A stretch of 64,000 bases of DNA from Alphaproteobacteria bacterium (GTDB taxonomy: Bacteria; Pseudomonadota; Alphaproteobacteria; UBA2966; CAIVPW01), in NCBI GenBank assembly GCA_947481575.1, contig CANKGV010000003.1, positions 51,934-115,933 on the forward strand. The letters are read 5' to 3'. The notes under the pieces were generated by a model that searched no databases, was not told the DNA's origin, and saw nothing but the letters and a program-made list of their open reading frames with translations. Below, piece by piece: positions 38,083-47,306 of the stretch. A program made the translations under genes and the position numbers. Position 1 is the first letter of the stretch. Every line of letters begins with the position of its first letter.

Positions 38083-39196
38083 ACAGCCGCAGATATTGCG
38101 CGGCCACGGCCCGCCAGCCGAAGTCCTGCTCCATTCGCCGACGCGCGGCCGCCCCGAGCTGTGCGGCGGTGTTTGGGTTGGTCATCAGGCGGGTCACGGC
38201 CTGGGCCAAGGCGCCAGCGTCATCCACCGGCACTAGAATGCCGCATTCGCCGTTAGAAATCACCTCGCGGATCGACGGAATGTCGCTGGCCACCACGGCG
38301 AGTCCGCTCGCCATCGCCTCGAGCAGCGCGTTGGGTACGCCTTCATGGCGCGATGGGAACACAAAGATGTCGGCGGCGCGGTACAGGTCGGGGAGCGCGG
38401 CGCGCTCGACCCACCCGCGCATCCGCACCCACTCCGCGCACCCTAGCTGCTCGGCGTGACGTGCGATTCGCTCGCGGTCGGGGCCGTCGCCAACCAGTTC
38501 GAGTTCCCACGTCCCGGGTACGCGCGACAGACCTGTCAGCAGAACGTCCAGGCCCTTCTGTTCGGTGACCAGGCGCCCGACGAACAGTACCCGGGTCACC
38601 TCGCCGGGGGCCTTGGGCGGCACGGCGGGAGCGAACACGGTGGTATCGACCCCATTCGGCACCGCCGCGATTTCGAGCCCCGGCGCATATGCGCGCGCTA
38701 GCGTGCGAAGCCCAGACCCGTTGGCGATGATCACGGCGGCACGGCGCCACACCATGCGCAGGAGAAACCCGGATACCTGGTGGGCCCGGCGGAGTTGTTG
38801 CGGCAGGAAACCGGGAACGTCGCCGCCGCGCAAGGAGACGGCGTAGGGAATGCGGAACAACGCATAGAGAAGCCATGCGATCGGGCCCGACGGGAGCCCG
38901 AAGAAGGCGACAACGCGATCGGGCCGGTTGCGAAGCGCGATGAGAATAGCGGCGGGCGCGGCCATAGCCATGAAGCCGATCATCTCCGCGATGGTGGCAC
39001 GGTCACGCCGCCGGCGCCCCGACCACACGCGCCGGACATTCATCCCGGCCGTGAATTCGCTGTGCCGCAACCCGCGGTGCCACGCCGTCAGAACGGTCAC
39101 GTCGTGGCCCAGTTCAACCATCGCACGGCCGATCTCGAAGCTAGCCGTCGCGGCGCCTCCGCCCAGCGGAGGAAACTCGTAGTTGATCAGGAGCAG
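38066..39196 (-). CDS. family-4 glycosyltransferase; true start unresolved (first ATG at 39121 lies downstream of conserved N-terminal motif; CTG 39196 given as nominal start)
   Basis: In-frame upstream codons encode LLLINYEFPPLGGGAATASFEIGRA, the canonical GT4 Gly-rich N-terminus; C-terminal EGVPNALLEAMASGLAVVASD motif. Confidence 0.65.
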   Translation of the reverse strand: MLLINYEFPPLGGGAATASFEIGRAMVELGHDVTVLTAWHRGLRHSEFTAGMNVRRVWSGRRRRDRATIAEMIGFMAMAAPAAILIALRNRPDRVVAFFGLPSGPIAWLLYALFRIPYAVSLRGGDVPGFLPQQLRRAHQVSGFLLRMVWRRAAVIIANGSGLRTLARAYAPGLEIAAVPNGVDTTVFAPAVPPKAPGEVTRVLFVGRLVTEQKGLDVLLTGLSRVPGTWELELVGDGPDRERIARHAEQLGCAEWVRMRGWVERAALPDLYRAADIFVFPSRHEGVPNALLEAMASGLAVVASDIPSIREVISNGECGILVPVDDAGALAQAVTRLMTNPNTAAQLGAAARRRMEQDFGWRAVAAQYLRLCGIPG

Positions 39197-39274
39197 GCGC
39201 GTGGCAAAGCCTTGAGTCGACAGGGGTTCCGTGGCATTGCCTTCGGGCAGGGCGGATGGAGCCGTGCGACAAGT

Positions 39275-40234
39275 ATGCCACAGAATGTACGGGGATCTGC
39301 CTTGGCCTTCGCGCCCGCGGTTGCTACGGAGACGGTGCCGTGTCCGCTGTGCGCGAGCCTAGCATTCGAAATCCTGTTCTCGGCTGGGGACTATGAGTAC
39401 GGCCTTCCCGGAGAGTTCTTCGTTTCCCGGTGCCGGCAATGTGGCCTGATGGTGCAAAACCCACGGCCAGCGTTCTCCGAGATTCTGCGGTACTACACCG
39501 AGGCCTACGAGCCGCATCACAGTCCCGGAACCGCTCTTGTGCGCCGCCTGCGCCATCGCGTGCTGGTGCAACCCAAGCTGCGGCTTATCCGGTCGTTGGT
39601 GGGGGACACGGGTGATGTCATCGACATCGGTTGCGGGAGCGGTGCGTTGCTGGCGGATCTCGCCCAATTCGGACACTGGCGGCTGATGGGCGTTGAGCCC
39701 AACCGCGAAGCCGCCGCGTCGGCGCGTGGGCGCGGCCTTACGATCGCGGCGACGGTTGTCGAGGAGGCCCAGGTTGCTGCGCAGTCGCAGGACGTCGCCA
39801 TCATGAACCACGTCCTGGAACATCTGCCCGATCCCCGCCAAACGGTGGCTCATGTGCAGACGCTCCTGCGCCCCGGTGGTCATTTCATCGGCGAGGTCCC
39901 GAGCCCGCAATGCGTGGAGCGCGTGCTGTTCGGCCGGTACTGGGGCGGGTACCATTTGCCGCGGCACCTGACGTTCTTTTCGCGAGACCAGCTCACGCGG
40001 TTTCTGGCCCAAGCTGGATTCCGTGAGATCAGGGTCCGCCGGGTCATTCAGCCCTCGTCGTGGCTGACCAGTGCGTCAAACTACTTCCGTTCCCGCAACA
40101 GCGCGGCCGCCAGATTCGTGAGTCCACACGGCTTCATCTTGCTTGCGGCCGGGGTACTGCCGGCGCTCGCGCTCAAGGTCCTCGGCAGCGCTCCGATCTT
40201 GGCCTTTTCTTGCCGCAAGCCGAGTTGCCGGTGA
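39275..40234 (+). CDS. class I SAM-dependent methyltransferase with N-terminal zinc ribbon (alt GTG start 39332)
   Basis: CPLC...CRQC ribbon then VIDIGCGSGAL motif I. Confidence 0.65.
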   Translation: MPQNVRGSALAFAPAVATETVPCPLCASLAFEILFSAGDYEYGLPGEFFVSRCRQCGLMVQNPRPAFSEILRYYTEAYEPHHSPGTALVRRLRHRVLVQPKLRLIRSLVGDTGDVIDIGCGSGALLADLAQFGHWRLMGVEPNREAAASARGRGLTIAATVVEEAQVAAQSQDVAIMNHVLEHLPDPRQTVAHVQTLLRPGGHFIGEVPSPQCVERVLFGRYWGGYHLPRHLTFFSRDQLTRFLAQAGFREIRVRRVIQPSSWLTSASNYFRSRNSAAARFVSPHGFILLAAGVLPALALKVLGSAPILAFSCRKPSCR

Positions 40235-41172
40235 GCGCCGTCCACCAGGTTCGCGGTCTGCGGCGGCAACTGCGTCCGCTGCTAGTCGGCCTCGAGCCGT
40301 GCGACAACTGGCGGGCCGCGCTGGAGATCGGTGGAATCGTCGCTGCACTGATCGCGATTGAAGTTGCAGCCTTCGCTGCGGAGCGCACCGGGTACTGGGG
40401 CCTGTTCGTGCCGCTGGCGCTCGCGGTTGCTGTCGTTCAGGTGCGGATGGCGATCCTTCACCACGAGGCGGTGCATCGCCTGCTGTTCAGTAACCCCGCA
40501 CTGAACGATATCGTGGGGCTTCGCATCATCGGAGCGTCAATCGGCGCGCTGCCCAAATACTCGCGCCGGTCGCACCTCAGCCACCACGCCTACCTGGGCG
40601 ACCCCTGGGACCTGGAACGGGCAAACTACGACCCGCCGGCGAGCGCCCCGGCGTTCGTTCTGTGGCTAGCCCGCAAGGCGCTCGGCATTGAACCGCTGCA
40701 ACGGCTGGTCCGGCTGCTCCGGCACCGGCCCGCCGCCGCCGCCGGGCCGCCGCCGCCGCACAGTTCCGATTGGATCAACTTGGCGGTGATGCAGACGGCG
40801 ATTCTCGGGGGGCTGGCAGCGCTCGGTAGCGCCGAGCACTACCTGATCCTTTGGATCGCGCCGCTCATGACAGTGAGCCGCGCGCTCATGGGCGTGCGTG
40901 CTCTGGCGGAACACCTTCCGTTCCCCGGGCCGGAGGGGACGCGGTACCTGACGACGTTTGATGCTGGGCCGGTTGAGCGCCTGCTGCTTGCACCGCTGGG
41001 ATTTCAGTACCACGCGGAACATCATCTATTGCCGTCGATTCCGTCGTGGCGGCTATGGCGCGCCGCTGCGGCGATTCGTTCCCACGCGGAGTTTCCGCGC
41101 CTGGCGCGGCGCCGCGCCGGTTACGGCGCAGCCCTCCGGGAGTTCTATCGGGCCGGAGGCGCCGGTGTTTGA
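40231..41172 (+). CDS. membrane fatty-acid-desaturase-family di-iron oxygenase (desaturase/hydroxylase)
   Basis: GTGA overlap start; three His boxes HHEAVH, HLSHHAY, HAEHH. Confidence 0.7.
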   Translation: MSAVHQVRGLRRQLRPLLVGLEPCDNWRAALEIGGIVAALIAIEVAAFAAERTGYWGLFVPLALAVAVVQVRMAILHHEAVHRLLFSNPALNDIVGLRIIGASIGALPKYSRRSHLSHHAYLGDPWDLERANYDPPASAPAFVLWLARKALGIEPLQRLVRLLRHRPAAAAGPPPPHSSDWINLAVMQTAILGGLAALGSAEHYLILWIAPLMTVSRALMGVRALAEHLPFPGPEGTRYLTTFDAGPVERLLLAPLGFQYHAEHHLLPSIPSWRLWRAAAAIRSHAEFPRLARRRAGYGAALREFYRAGGAGV

Positions 41173-41869
41173 TTACGGTGACGTGTGGGTCGACGACTGG
41201 AGCGACATGCGGCAGTTCGGTCCCTCGGCGCGTCATCTGCGCAATATCGTCCTAGCGCTGCTTCGTGATCTGCAGTTTGCCACGGTCCTCGACGTTGGGT
41301 GTGGCGAAGGCTCGCTGCTGAACGATCTATACGGCGTGCAGCCGGCGCTGCTGCCGTTCGGAGTTGATCTCTCCGAGAGCGCCCTCGCCCGGGCGCGCCA
41401 GCGGGTGCCTGGCGGCGAGTTTGCGTCGCTCGATGTTGCCAGCGCGCGCTTGCAACGCCAGTTCGATCTGGTCGTCTGCACCGATGTGGTTGAGCACATC
41501 CCGGACGACCGCGCTGCGCTCGGCAACCTTGCCGGGATGACCGGGCGGTATCTCCTGGTCAGCAGTCTCCAAGGGCGCATGCGTGGGTTCGAAGCGACGG
41601 TCGGGCACGTGCGCAACTACAAGCTAGGCGAACTCGCAGCCAAGATCGAAGAGACGGGTCTTCGGGTGGTGCGGGTTGTCCAATGGGGGTTCCCGTTCTT
41701 CAGTCCGCTGTACCGGAACCTATTGGATGGGGTCGGGGGGCGCGGCACGACCGGGCAGTACGGACGGTTCCGCCGCCTGATTGCCGGGGCCCTCTATCAG
41801 TTGTTCCGCCTGAACACGTGGACACGCGGCGACGTGATCGTTGTTCTCGCGGAGCGCCCCCACGCATGA
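41165..41869 (+). CDS. class I SAM-dependent methyltransferase (alt ATG 41207)
   Basis: GTG overlapping desaturase stop; VLDVGCGEGSL motif I, DLVVCTDVVEHIPD motif. Confidence 0.65.
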   Translation: MFDYGDVWVDDWSDMRQFGPSARHLRNIVLALLRDLQFATVLDVGCGEGSLLNDLYGVQPALLPFGVDLSESALARARQRVPGGEFASLDVASARLQRQFDLVVCTDVVEHIPDDRAALGNLAGMTGRYLLVSSLQGRMRGFEATVGHVRNYKLGELAAKIEETGLRVVRVVQWGFPFFSPLYRNLLDGVGGRGTTGQYGRFRRLIAGALYQLFRLNTWTRGDVIVVLAERPHA

Positions 41870-42765
41870 AGCCGAGCGCTGCGGTCGTGCTGGGACGGCC
41901 CGAGTTGCGGTACTTGGACGACGTTATCGTGGAAAGCCTGCGGCGCGAGGGATTCTGTGGGCCCGTGTCGCGTCGCGATGCGCATGCGTTGGCGCACGAT
42001 GTTCTGTCCGACCAACGCATCGATGAGCAACTCGAGCTGCTGTCGCGGTCTACGCCGCTGCAGGGCCGGCGCATCCTTGAAGTGGGGAGCGGCTGGGGCG
42101 GACTGGTCGTGCGGGGCCGGGTCGCGTACGGACTGGAGATATTCGGGCTTGAGCCGTCGCGTGCCGAGTTCTCGTCCGCGTGGACAGTAAGCCGGGCGCT
42201 CCTGCAGGCGTTCAGCGTGCCGGACCACGTCATCGTCAACGGGCGCGGCGAGGCGATGCCGTTCGCCGACGCGAGCTTCGACGTCGTCTACTCCACCAAT
42301 GTTCTGGAGCATGTCGACGACCCCATCGCAGTCCTCAACGAGTCGCTGCGGGTGTTGCGGCCCGGTGGGGTGCTGCAAATGGTGGTGCCGAACTACGGTT
42401 CGTGGTGGGAGGGGCATTACGGCGTGTTCTGGCTGCCCCATCTCACGCCGGCGCTCGCGCGCATCTACGTACGGCTGCTGGGGCGGGATCCGAGCTATCT
42501 GCGGGGGTTGCGGTTCATCTCGCTCGGCACCCTCCGGCGTTGGGCGCGCACCAAGGCGGACACCGCGGTTGTACTGGGCTGGGGCGAAGACGTATTCGCC
42601 GAGCGGCTCCGCACCATCGAATTTCAGCCCTGGGCGGCACTGGGGAAGGTGCGCACCGCGGCGCACTGGTTGCGGCGCGCGGGGCTGACCGATGCGTTCA
42701 TTGCGATGAGCCGCTGGTTCGGCTGGGTCACGCCGATTGTTCTTACCTTGCGTAAGCGCGGCTGA
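41866..42765 (+). CDS. class I SAM-dependent methyltransferase (Methyltransf_11-like)
   Basis: ATGA overlap; ILEVGSGWGG motif I, FDVVYSTNVLEHVDDP, LRPGGVL. Confidence 0.65.
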   Translation: MKPSAAVVLGRPELRYLDDVIVESLRREGFCGPVSRRDAHALAHDVLSDQRIDEQLELLSRSTPLQGRRILEVGSGWGGLVVRGRVAYGLEIFGLEPSRAEFSSAWTVSRALLQAFSVPDHVIVNGRGEAMPFADASFDVVYSTNVLEHVDDPIAVLNESLRVLRPGGVLQMVVPNYGSWWEGHYGVFWLPHLTPALARIYVRLLGRDPSYLRGLRFISLGTLRRWARTKADTAVVLGWGEDVFAERLRTIEFQPWAALGKVRTAAHWLRRAGLTDAFIAMSRWFGWVTPIVLTLRKRG

Positions 42766-44219
42766 TGGGGCGCGGGCTGCCGGCCACGGCGATCCTGCTG
42801 CTGGCGGCGGGCGCGGCAATTCGGATCGCCGGCGCAGTGCTTTGGCCGACCGGCGGTGGCGATACCGCAATCTACATGACGGTTGCTGAGAACATTGCCC
42901 AACACGGATGCGTATCCGTGTCGCCGCCAGCGAGCGGCGCGTGCGTACCCCACTGGGGCGGGAATCAGCTGCCCCTGTACCCGGCCTTTCTGGCCGTGTG
43001 GCTGGTTGGCGGCGGCCTCTCGAGCACAACCATCGGGCTCGCCCAGGCGGTGCTGGAACTGCTGGCGATCGCGCGTCTTGGACAGGCGGTCGCCGACTTG
43101 GCGGGCCGCAAGGCCGGATGGCTGACGGTGGCCGTACTCGCAATCGCTCCGACGGAGTGGTTCTGGTCGCGGTACGTGCTGACCGAGTCGCTATCCATCG
43201 CCGCGCACCTGTGGCTGTGGGCCGAGCTTCTGCTGTGTTTGGCGCAGGCCCGGCCTCGCGCATTGCCTGTTGCCGTGGCGCTGGCGGTCAATGTCGGCTT
43301 GCGCCTCGATGCCGCATTCCTAGTTGCACCGGTGGTGGCGACCTTTTTCATGGTGGCGCCGCCGCGCGCGGCGCTACGCGGGCTGGTCGTTGCGGCGATG
43401 ATTGCCGGCGCCCCATTTTTGGCTTGGACGGTTCGCAGCCATCTTGCCGGGTTGCCGTGGTCGCCGATCGCCGCCCTCAGCAATCAAGACCGGAGCGCGG
43501 CGCCGGCTGGATACTTTGCGTGGCTGCGGACCTGGCAGGTCAATCAATACGACCTGCCCACGAACTCGTGGCCGGTTCTTACGCAGGAGTACTCCCGGGT
43601 TGTTTTGACGCCACGGGCCGTCGCTGGCGCGACGCCGGGCGAGGCCCGCGACCTTGCGCAGTTGTTCGCGGAACTGGCGAACCACGACCACGAGGCGTTT
43701 CCGCCGGAGATTGACGCCGCATTGGGGAAGCTGGCCGCGGACATGCGCGCGCGGGAGCCGATACGGCATTGGGTGCTGCTGCCCCTGGCGCGCGCAGGAT
43801 GGGCTTGGTTCAACCCATTCACGTCGTATGCGTGGCCGCAATTCGAGCGCGCGGGGCGTACCAGTGTCGACTACGTAACGATGAACTGGCGGTCGTTTCT
43901 CGACGAGCCGTCCTTCTTGGTGGCGCGAGTTGTTCCGAATGCCTGGCGCATCGCCGCGCTGCTGACGCTCGTGATTGCGCCCTTGTTCTGGCGCCGGCTC
44001 GGCGTAGATGCGCGCCGCGTCTACTGGCTGACCCTGCTCTACCTGGTTTTGCGCACGGCGGCGTTTGCGATGATTGCGGGGGTTGAGACCCGCTACATCG
44101 TCGAAACGGTCCCGCTCCTGGAATGCCTGGCGGTGCTAGTAGCGACGAGCCTGTGGCCCGCGCTCCGGCAGCATGCCCCGGCGCAGGCGTCCGGGCCTGT
44201 TGCGAGGCCCGGACGTTAG
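42765..44219 (+). CDS. ArnT/PMT_2-like GT-C family membrane glycosyltransferase
   Basis: TGATG overlap; ~12 TM helices; N-terminal loop with YMTVAENIAQHG; GT-C-like architecture. Confidence 0.55.
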   Translation: MGRGLPATAILLLAAGAAIRIAGAVLWPTGGGDTAIYMTVAENIAQHGCVSVSPPASGACVPHWGGNQLPLYPAFLAVWLVGGGLSSTTIGLAQAVLELLAIARLGQAVADLAGRKAGWLTVAVLAIAPTEWFWSRYVLTESLSIAAHLWLWAELLLCLAQARPRALPVAVALAVNVGLRLDAAFLVAPVVATFFMVAPPRAALRGLVVAAMIAGAPFLAWTVRSHLAGLPWSPIAALSNQDRSAAPAGYFAWLRTWQVNQYDLPTNSWPVLTQEYSRVVLTPRAVAGATPGEARDLAQLFAELANHDHEAFPPEIDAALGKLAADMRAREPIRHWVLLPLARAGWAWFNPFTSYAWPQFERAGRTSVDYVTMNWRSFLDEPSFLVARVVPNAWRIAALLTLVIAPLFWRRLGVDARRVYWLTLLYLVLRTAAFAMIAGVETRYIVETVPLLECLAVLVATSLWPALRQHAPAQASGPVARPGR

Positions 44220-44235
44220 TGCCGCGGTTGCGGGC

Positions 44236-44850
44236 TTAGAACTGGTAGAGCGCCCCCACCTTGAGCGCCCAGCCGTTGTAGCGATGGCTGCCGGCGCCGT
44301 CTTGGTGGACCATGTTCATCTCGCGTTCAACAATGCCGCGCAGGCCGATGCGCGTCGCGATCAAGATTTGGGCACCGATGCCGAGGTGCGCGCCCCTGCT
44401 CGTACCGGTGCTGGTGTCGGTGTTGTTGCCATCGGTAACCGACAGATTCAGGCGCGAACGCGAGACCCCGATCAGGCCGACAAGTTCGAGCCCGGGACGG
44501 CCTAGCGGTGCGTAGCCCATGAAATCGAAGGTCAGCCGGTCGCGCACATCAACGGTCGAGGTGATGCCGCTCGCCGAGTCGGTCCGGCTCGTCGAGCCGG
44601 ATGTGCCATAGCCGAGTTCGAGGCCGATGGTCGGGGTTACCCTGGCGCCGACAAAGACCGACTGCCCGCGCAGGCTGTTCTCTGGGCCACCCGTGGTCGT
44701 GTTAAGGCCTTCGATCGTCGGGTAGTGCCCTTTGTCGGAAGTGCCTTCGACGCCGGCATACGGACGGTAGTTGTAGGTCTGGGCGGTAGCGGCGCCGATG
44801 CCGGTGAGGCCAAATACAAGCGCACAGACGGTGACACGCAAACGATTCAT
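44236..44850 (-). CDS. outer-membrane beta-barrel protein (OmpW/OmpA-like small porin)
   Basis: ATG 44850 with signal peptide MNRLRVTVCALVFGLTGIGAATAQ; alternating beta-strand pattern; C-terminal ...ALKVGALYQF. Confidence 0.5.
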   Translation of the reverse strand: MNRLRVTVCALVFGLTGIGAATAQTYNYRPYAGVEGTSDKGHYPTIEGLNTTTGGPENSLRGQSVFVGARVTPTIGLELGYGTSGSTSRTDSASGITSTVDVRDRLTFDFMGYAPLGRPGLELVGLIGVSRSRLNLSVTDGNNTDTSTGTSRGAHLGIGAQILIATRIGLRGIVEREMNMVHQDGAGSHRYNGWALKVGALYQF

Positions 44851-45057
44851 GACGACTCCTACTGAATACGGGTACCCCGTACGCATAGGGCTCACACCGG
44901 CGTCACTGCGCGTGTGCGAAACGGCACATGCGTGGCTGGTTTGGCCGGGGGGCGCGCCCCAGGCGGACTGCGAGTGGAAGAGTAGGTGGAACGAGGGAAA
45001 TTTGGCTGCCCGACCGGGCCGGCGTCCGAACCGTTGACGCCTAGGCCCTTGGGCTGC

Positions 45058-45134
45058 TGGTCGGGGAGAGAGGATTCGAACCTCCGGCCCCCACGTCCCG
45101 AACGTGGTGCTCTACCAGGCTGAGCTACTCCCCG
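45058..45134 (-). tRNA. tRNA-Pro (anticodon CGG)
   Basis: 77-nt cloverleaf: acceptor CGGGGAG/CTCCCCG, D-arm GCTCAGCCTGGTAGAGC, anticodon loop TTCGGGA, T-arm GGTTCGAATCC, discriminator A, encoded CCA. Confidence 0.8.
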
Positions 45135-45194
45135 AAGCAGCCGCCTTATAGCCGCAAGCAGTCGGGACCCGCAAGGCGGAGCGCACGGCTCCGG

Positions 45195-46214
45195 TCAGTG
45201 CGCCCGTTCGATACAAAAATCGACCACCTGCATCAGTGCGTCCTTTTCCGCGCAGTGTGCAAAGATGCCCAGAGCGTCGCGGGCTTTGGCGCCGTAGTGG
45301 CGGGCCCGGTCGATGGTGTCATTCAGGCTGCCGTGAGCGATCAGGTAGGTCATGGCCTGTTCCAGGTCGCCGGGGTGCCGGTCGCCGTCTTCCAGGGTGC
45401 GGCGCCAGAAGGTGCGCTCGGCGTCGCTGCCGCGGCGGTAGGCAAGCACGATCGGCAGGGTGATTTTACCCTCGCGGAAGTCGTCGCCGATGGTCTTGCC
45501 CAGCACCGCCTCGCGGGCCGAGAAATCGAGCATGTCGTCCACCAGCTGGAACGCAATGCCGATGTTGCGGCCATAGCTATCCAGTGCGTCTTCGGCCTCC
45601 TGCGGCCGGCCTGCCAGTACCGCGCCAATCCGGCACGCGGCGGCGAACAGCGCCGCGGTCTTGGCGGTGATCACGTCCAGGTAGGCGTCTTCGGTGGTGC
45701 TGGTGTCGTTGCTCGTGAGGAGCTGAAGCACCTCGCCCTCGGCGATGATCGCCGCCGCATCGGCCAGAATGCCCAACACCTTGGGCGAGCCGGCTTCGAC
45801 CATCAGCTGGAACGAGCGGCTGAACAGGAAGTCGCCCACCAGCACGCTGGACTGGTTGCCCCACACCGCGTTGGCGGTGGCGTTGCCGCGCCGCAGAGCG
45901 CTGTCGTCCACCACGTCGTCGTGCAGCAGGGTGGCGGTGTGAATGAATTCCACGGCGGCCGCCAACAGCACGTGCTGGGTGCCGCGGTACCCGCACATGC
46001 GCGAGGACGCCAAGGTCAGCATCGGCCGCAGGCGCTTGCCGCCACCGGCGATCAGGTGGCCGGCCAGCTCCGGGATGCGATGCACCCGGCTGGTCATCCG
46101 GCGCAAAATCGTCTCGTTGACCTGAGTCAGGTCAGCGGCGACCAAGTCCTGCAACTGCTTGAGCGACGGGCGCGCTGGGCGCTCCCGCTTGCCTTCGAGC
46201 GGTACCACAACCAC
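45195..46214 (-). CDS. ispB: octaprenyl-diphosphate synthase
   Basis: HTATLLHDDVVDDSALRRG and FQLVDDMLD aspartate-rich motifs. Confidence 0.85.
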   Translation of the reverse strand: MVVVPLEGKRERPARPSLKQLQDLVAADLTQVNETILRRMTSRVHRIPELAGHLIAGGGKRLRPMLTLASSRMCGYRGTQHVLLAAAVEFIHTATLLHDDVVDDSALRRGNATANAVWGNQSSVLVGDFLFSRSFQLMVEAGSPKVLGILADAAAIIAEGEVLQLLTSNDTSTTEDAYLDVITAKTAALFAAACRIGAVLAGRPQEAEDALDSYGRNIGIAFQLVDDMLDFSAREAVLGKTIGDDFREGKITLPIVLAYRRGSDAERTFWRRTLEDGDRHPGDLEQAMTYLIAHGSLNDTIDRARHYGAKARDALGIFAHCAEKDALMQVVDFCIERAH

Positions 46215-46302
46215 GATGAGCCCTGTAGGAATACCCCGAGATTGACCGCAGCATAGGTGCGGTCACCGGCATCGGCAATGCGAAGCGGTCTGGCGTGGGG
46301 TC

Positions 46303-46521
46303 ATGAAGGAACTGCTGCGGACCAACGACGCCGTGTTGCTCTCGTTCCTGGAGGCGCTGCTGGCCGATTCCGGAATCCCGACGTTCGTGTTCGACCGCCA
46401 CACGTCGGCCATGGAAGGCAGCATCGGCGCGCTGCCGCGCCGGGTGCTGGTCAACGATGACGATTTGACCCGGGCGCAGGGCATTCTTGACGATGCCAAC
46501 ATCCCCTTCCGCAACGCCTGA
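46303..46521 (+). CDS. DUF2007-domain small protein
   Basis: 72 aa, conserved ispB-adjacent divergent partner in alphaproteobacteria; LLRTNDAVLLSFLEALL. Confidence 0.55.
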   Translation: MKELLRTNDAVLLSFLEALLADSGIPTFVFDRHTSAMEGSIGALPRRVLVNDDDLTRAQGILDDANIPFRNA

Positions 46522-47260
46522 GGCGCGCGCCGTGGCGACGACCGACGACCGCCTGCTGGGCGGGCGGGTCCAACTGCGCCAGCCGCTCAAGGGCTACCGG
46601 GCGGCGATTGACCCGGTGTTTCTGGCCGCGGCTGTGCCCGCCGGCCCGGGCGATTCCGTCCTTGACCTAGGCACCGGCCCCGGCGCCGCGGCGTTGTGCC
46701 TGGCGGTACGCACGGGGTGCGCGGTCACCGGGATCGAACTGGACCCCGCCGCGGTGACGCTGGCGCGGGAAAATGCGGTCACCAACGCGGTCCGCTTCAC
46801 GGTTATCGCCGCAGACATCGCCGATCCGGCTACGAGCTATGCCGGGTTCGATCACGCGATGGCCAACCCGCCGTTTCTCGGCGAAGGGCAGGGCACACCG
46901 CCGCCGAATCCGGGCAAACGGGCCGCGAACATGGCCGCGGGCGGTGCTGTGGACCGATGGGTCGACCTGGCGGTACGCGCGGTGCGCCCGGGGGGCACGG
47001 TTACCTTCGTCTACCGGGCCGACCAGTTGCCCGGTCTGCTCGCGGCGTTCCCGGACAGCGCGGCCGGGGTGGCCGTGTTTCCGCTGTGGCGGCGCGCTGG
47101 CGATACGGCGGAACGGGTGCTGGTGCAGGCCCGTGCCGGGGGCCGGGCGCCGTTCCAGCTGCTGGCCGGGCTGGTGTTGCACGAGTCCGCCGGACCCTAC
47201 ACCCGGGCGGCGGAAGCGGTCCTGCGGGGCGGATCGGCCATCGATTTGATGGCGGACTAG
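46487..47260 (+). CDS. SAM-dependent methyltransferase, small-domain N6-adenine type (TrmN6/YfiC-like)
   Basis: VLDLGTGPGAAAL motif I and NPPF motif IV. Confidence 0.6.
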   Translation: MTMPTSPSATPEARAVATTDDRLLGGRVQLRQPLKGYRAAIDPVFLAAAVPAGPGDSVLDLGTGPGAAALCLAVRTGCAVTGIELDPAAVTLARENAVTNAVRFTVIAADIADPATSYAGFDHAMANPPFLGEGQGTPPPNPGKRAANMAAGGAVDRWVDLAVRAVRPGGTVTFVYRADQLPGLLAAFPDSAAGVAVFPLWRRAGDTAERVLVQARAGGRAPFQLLAGLVLHESAGPYTRAAEAVLRGGSAIDLMAD

Positions 47261-47306
47261 GCCCGCGCCGTTGCGGCTGCGTACCTAAGGGCCGTATTCT
47301 CCGGCC

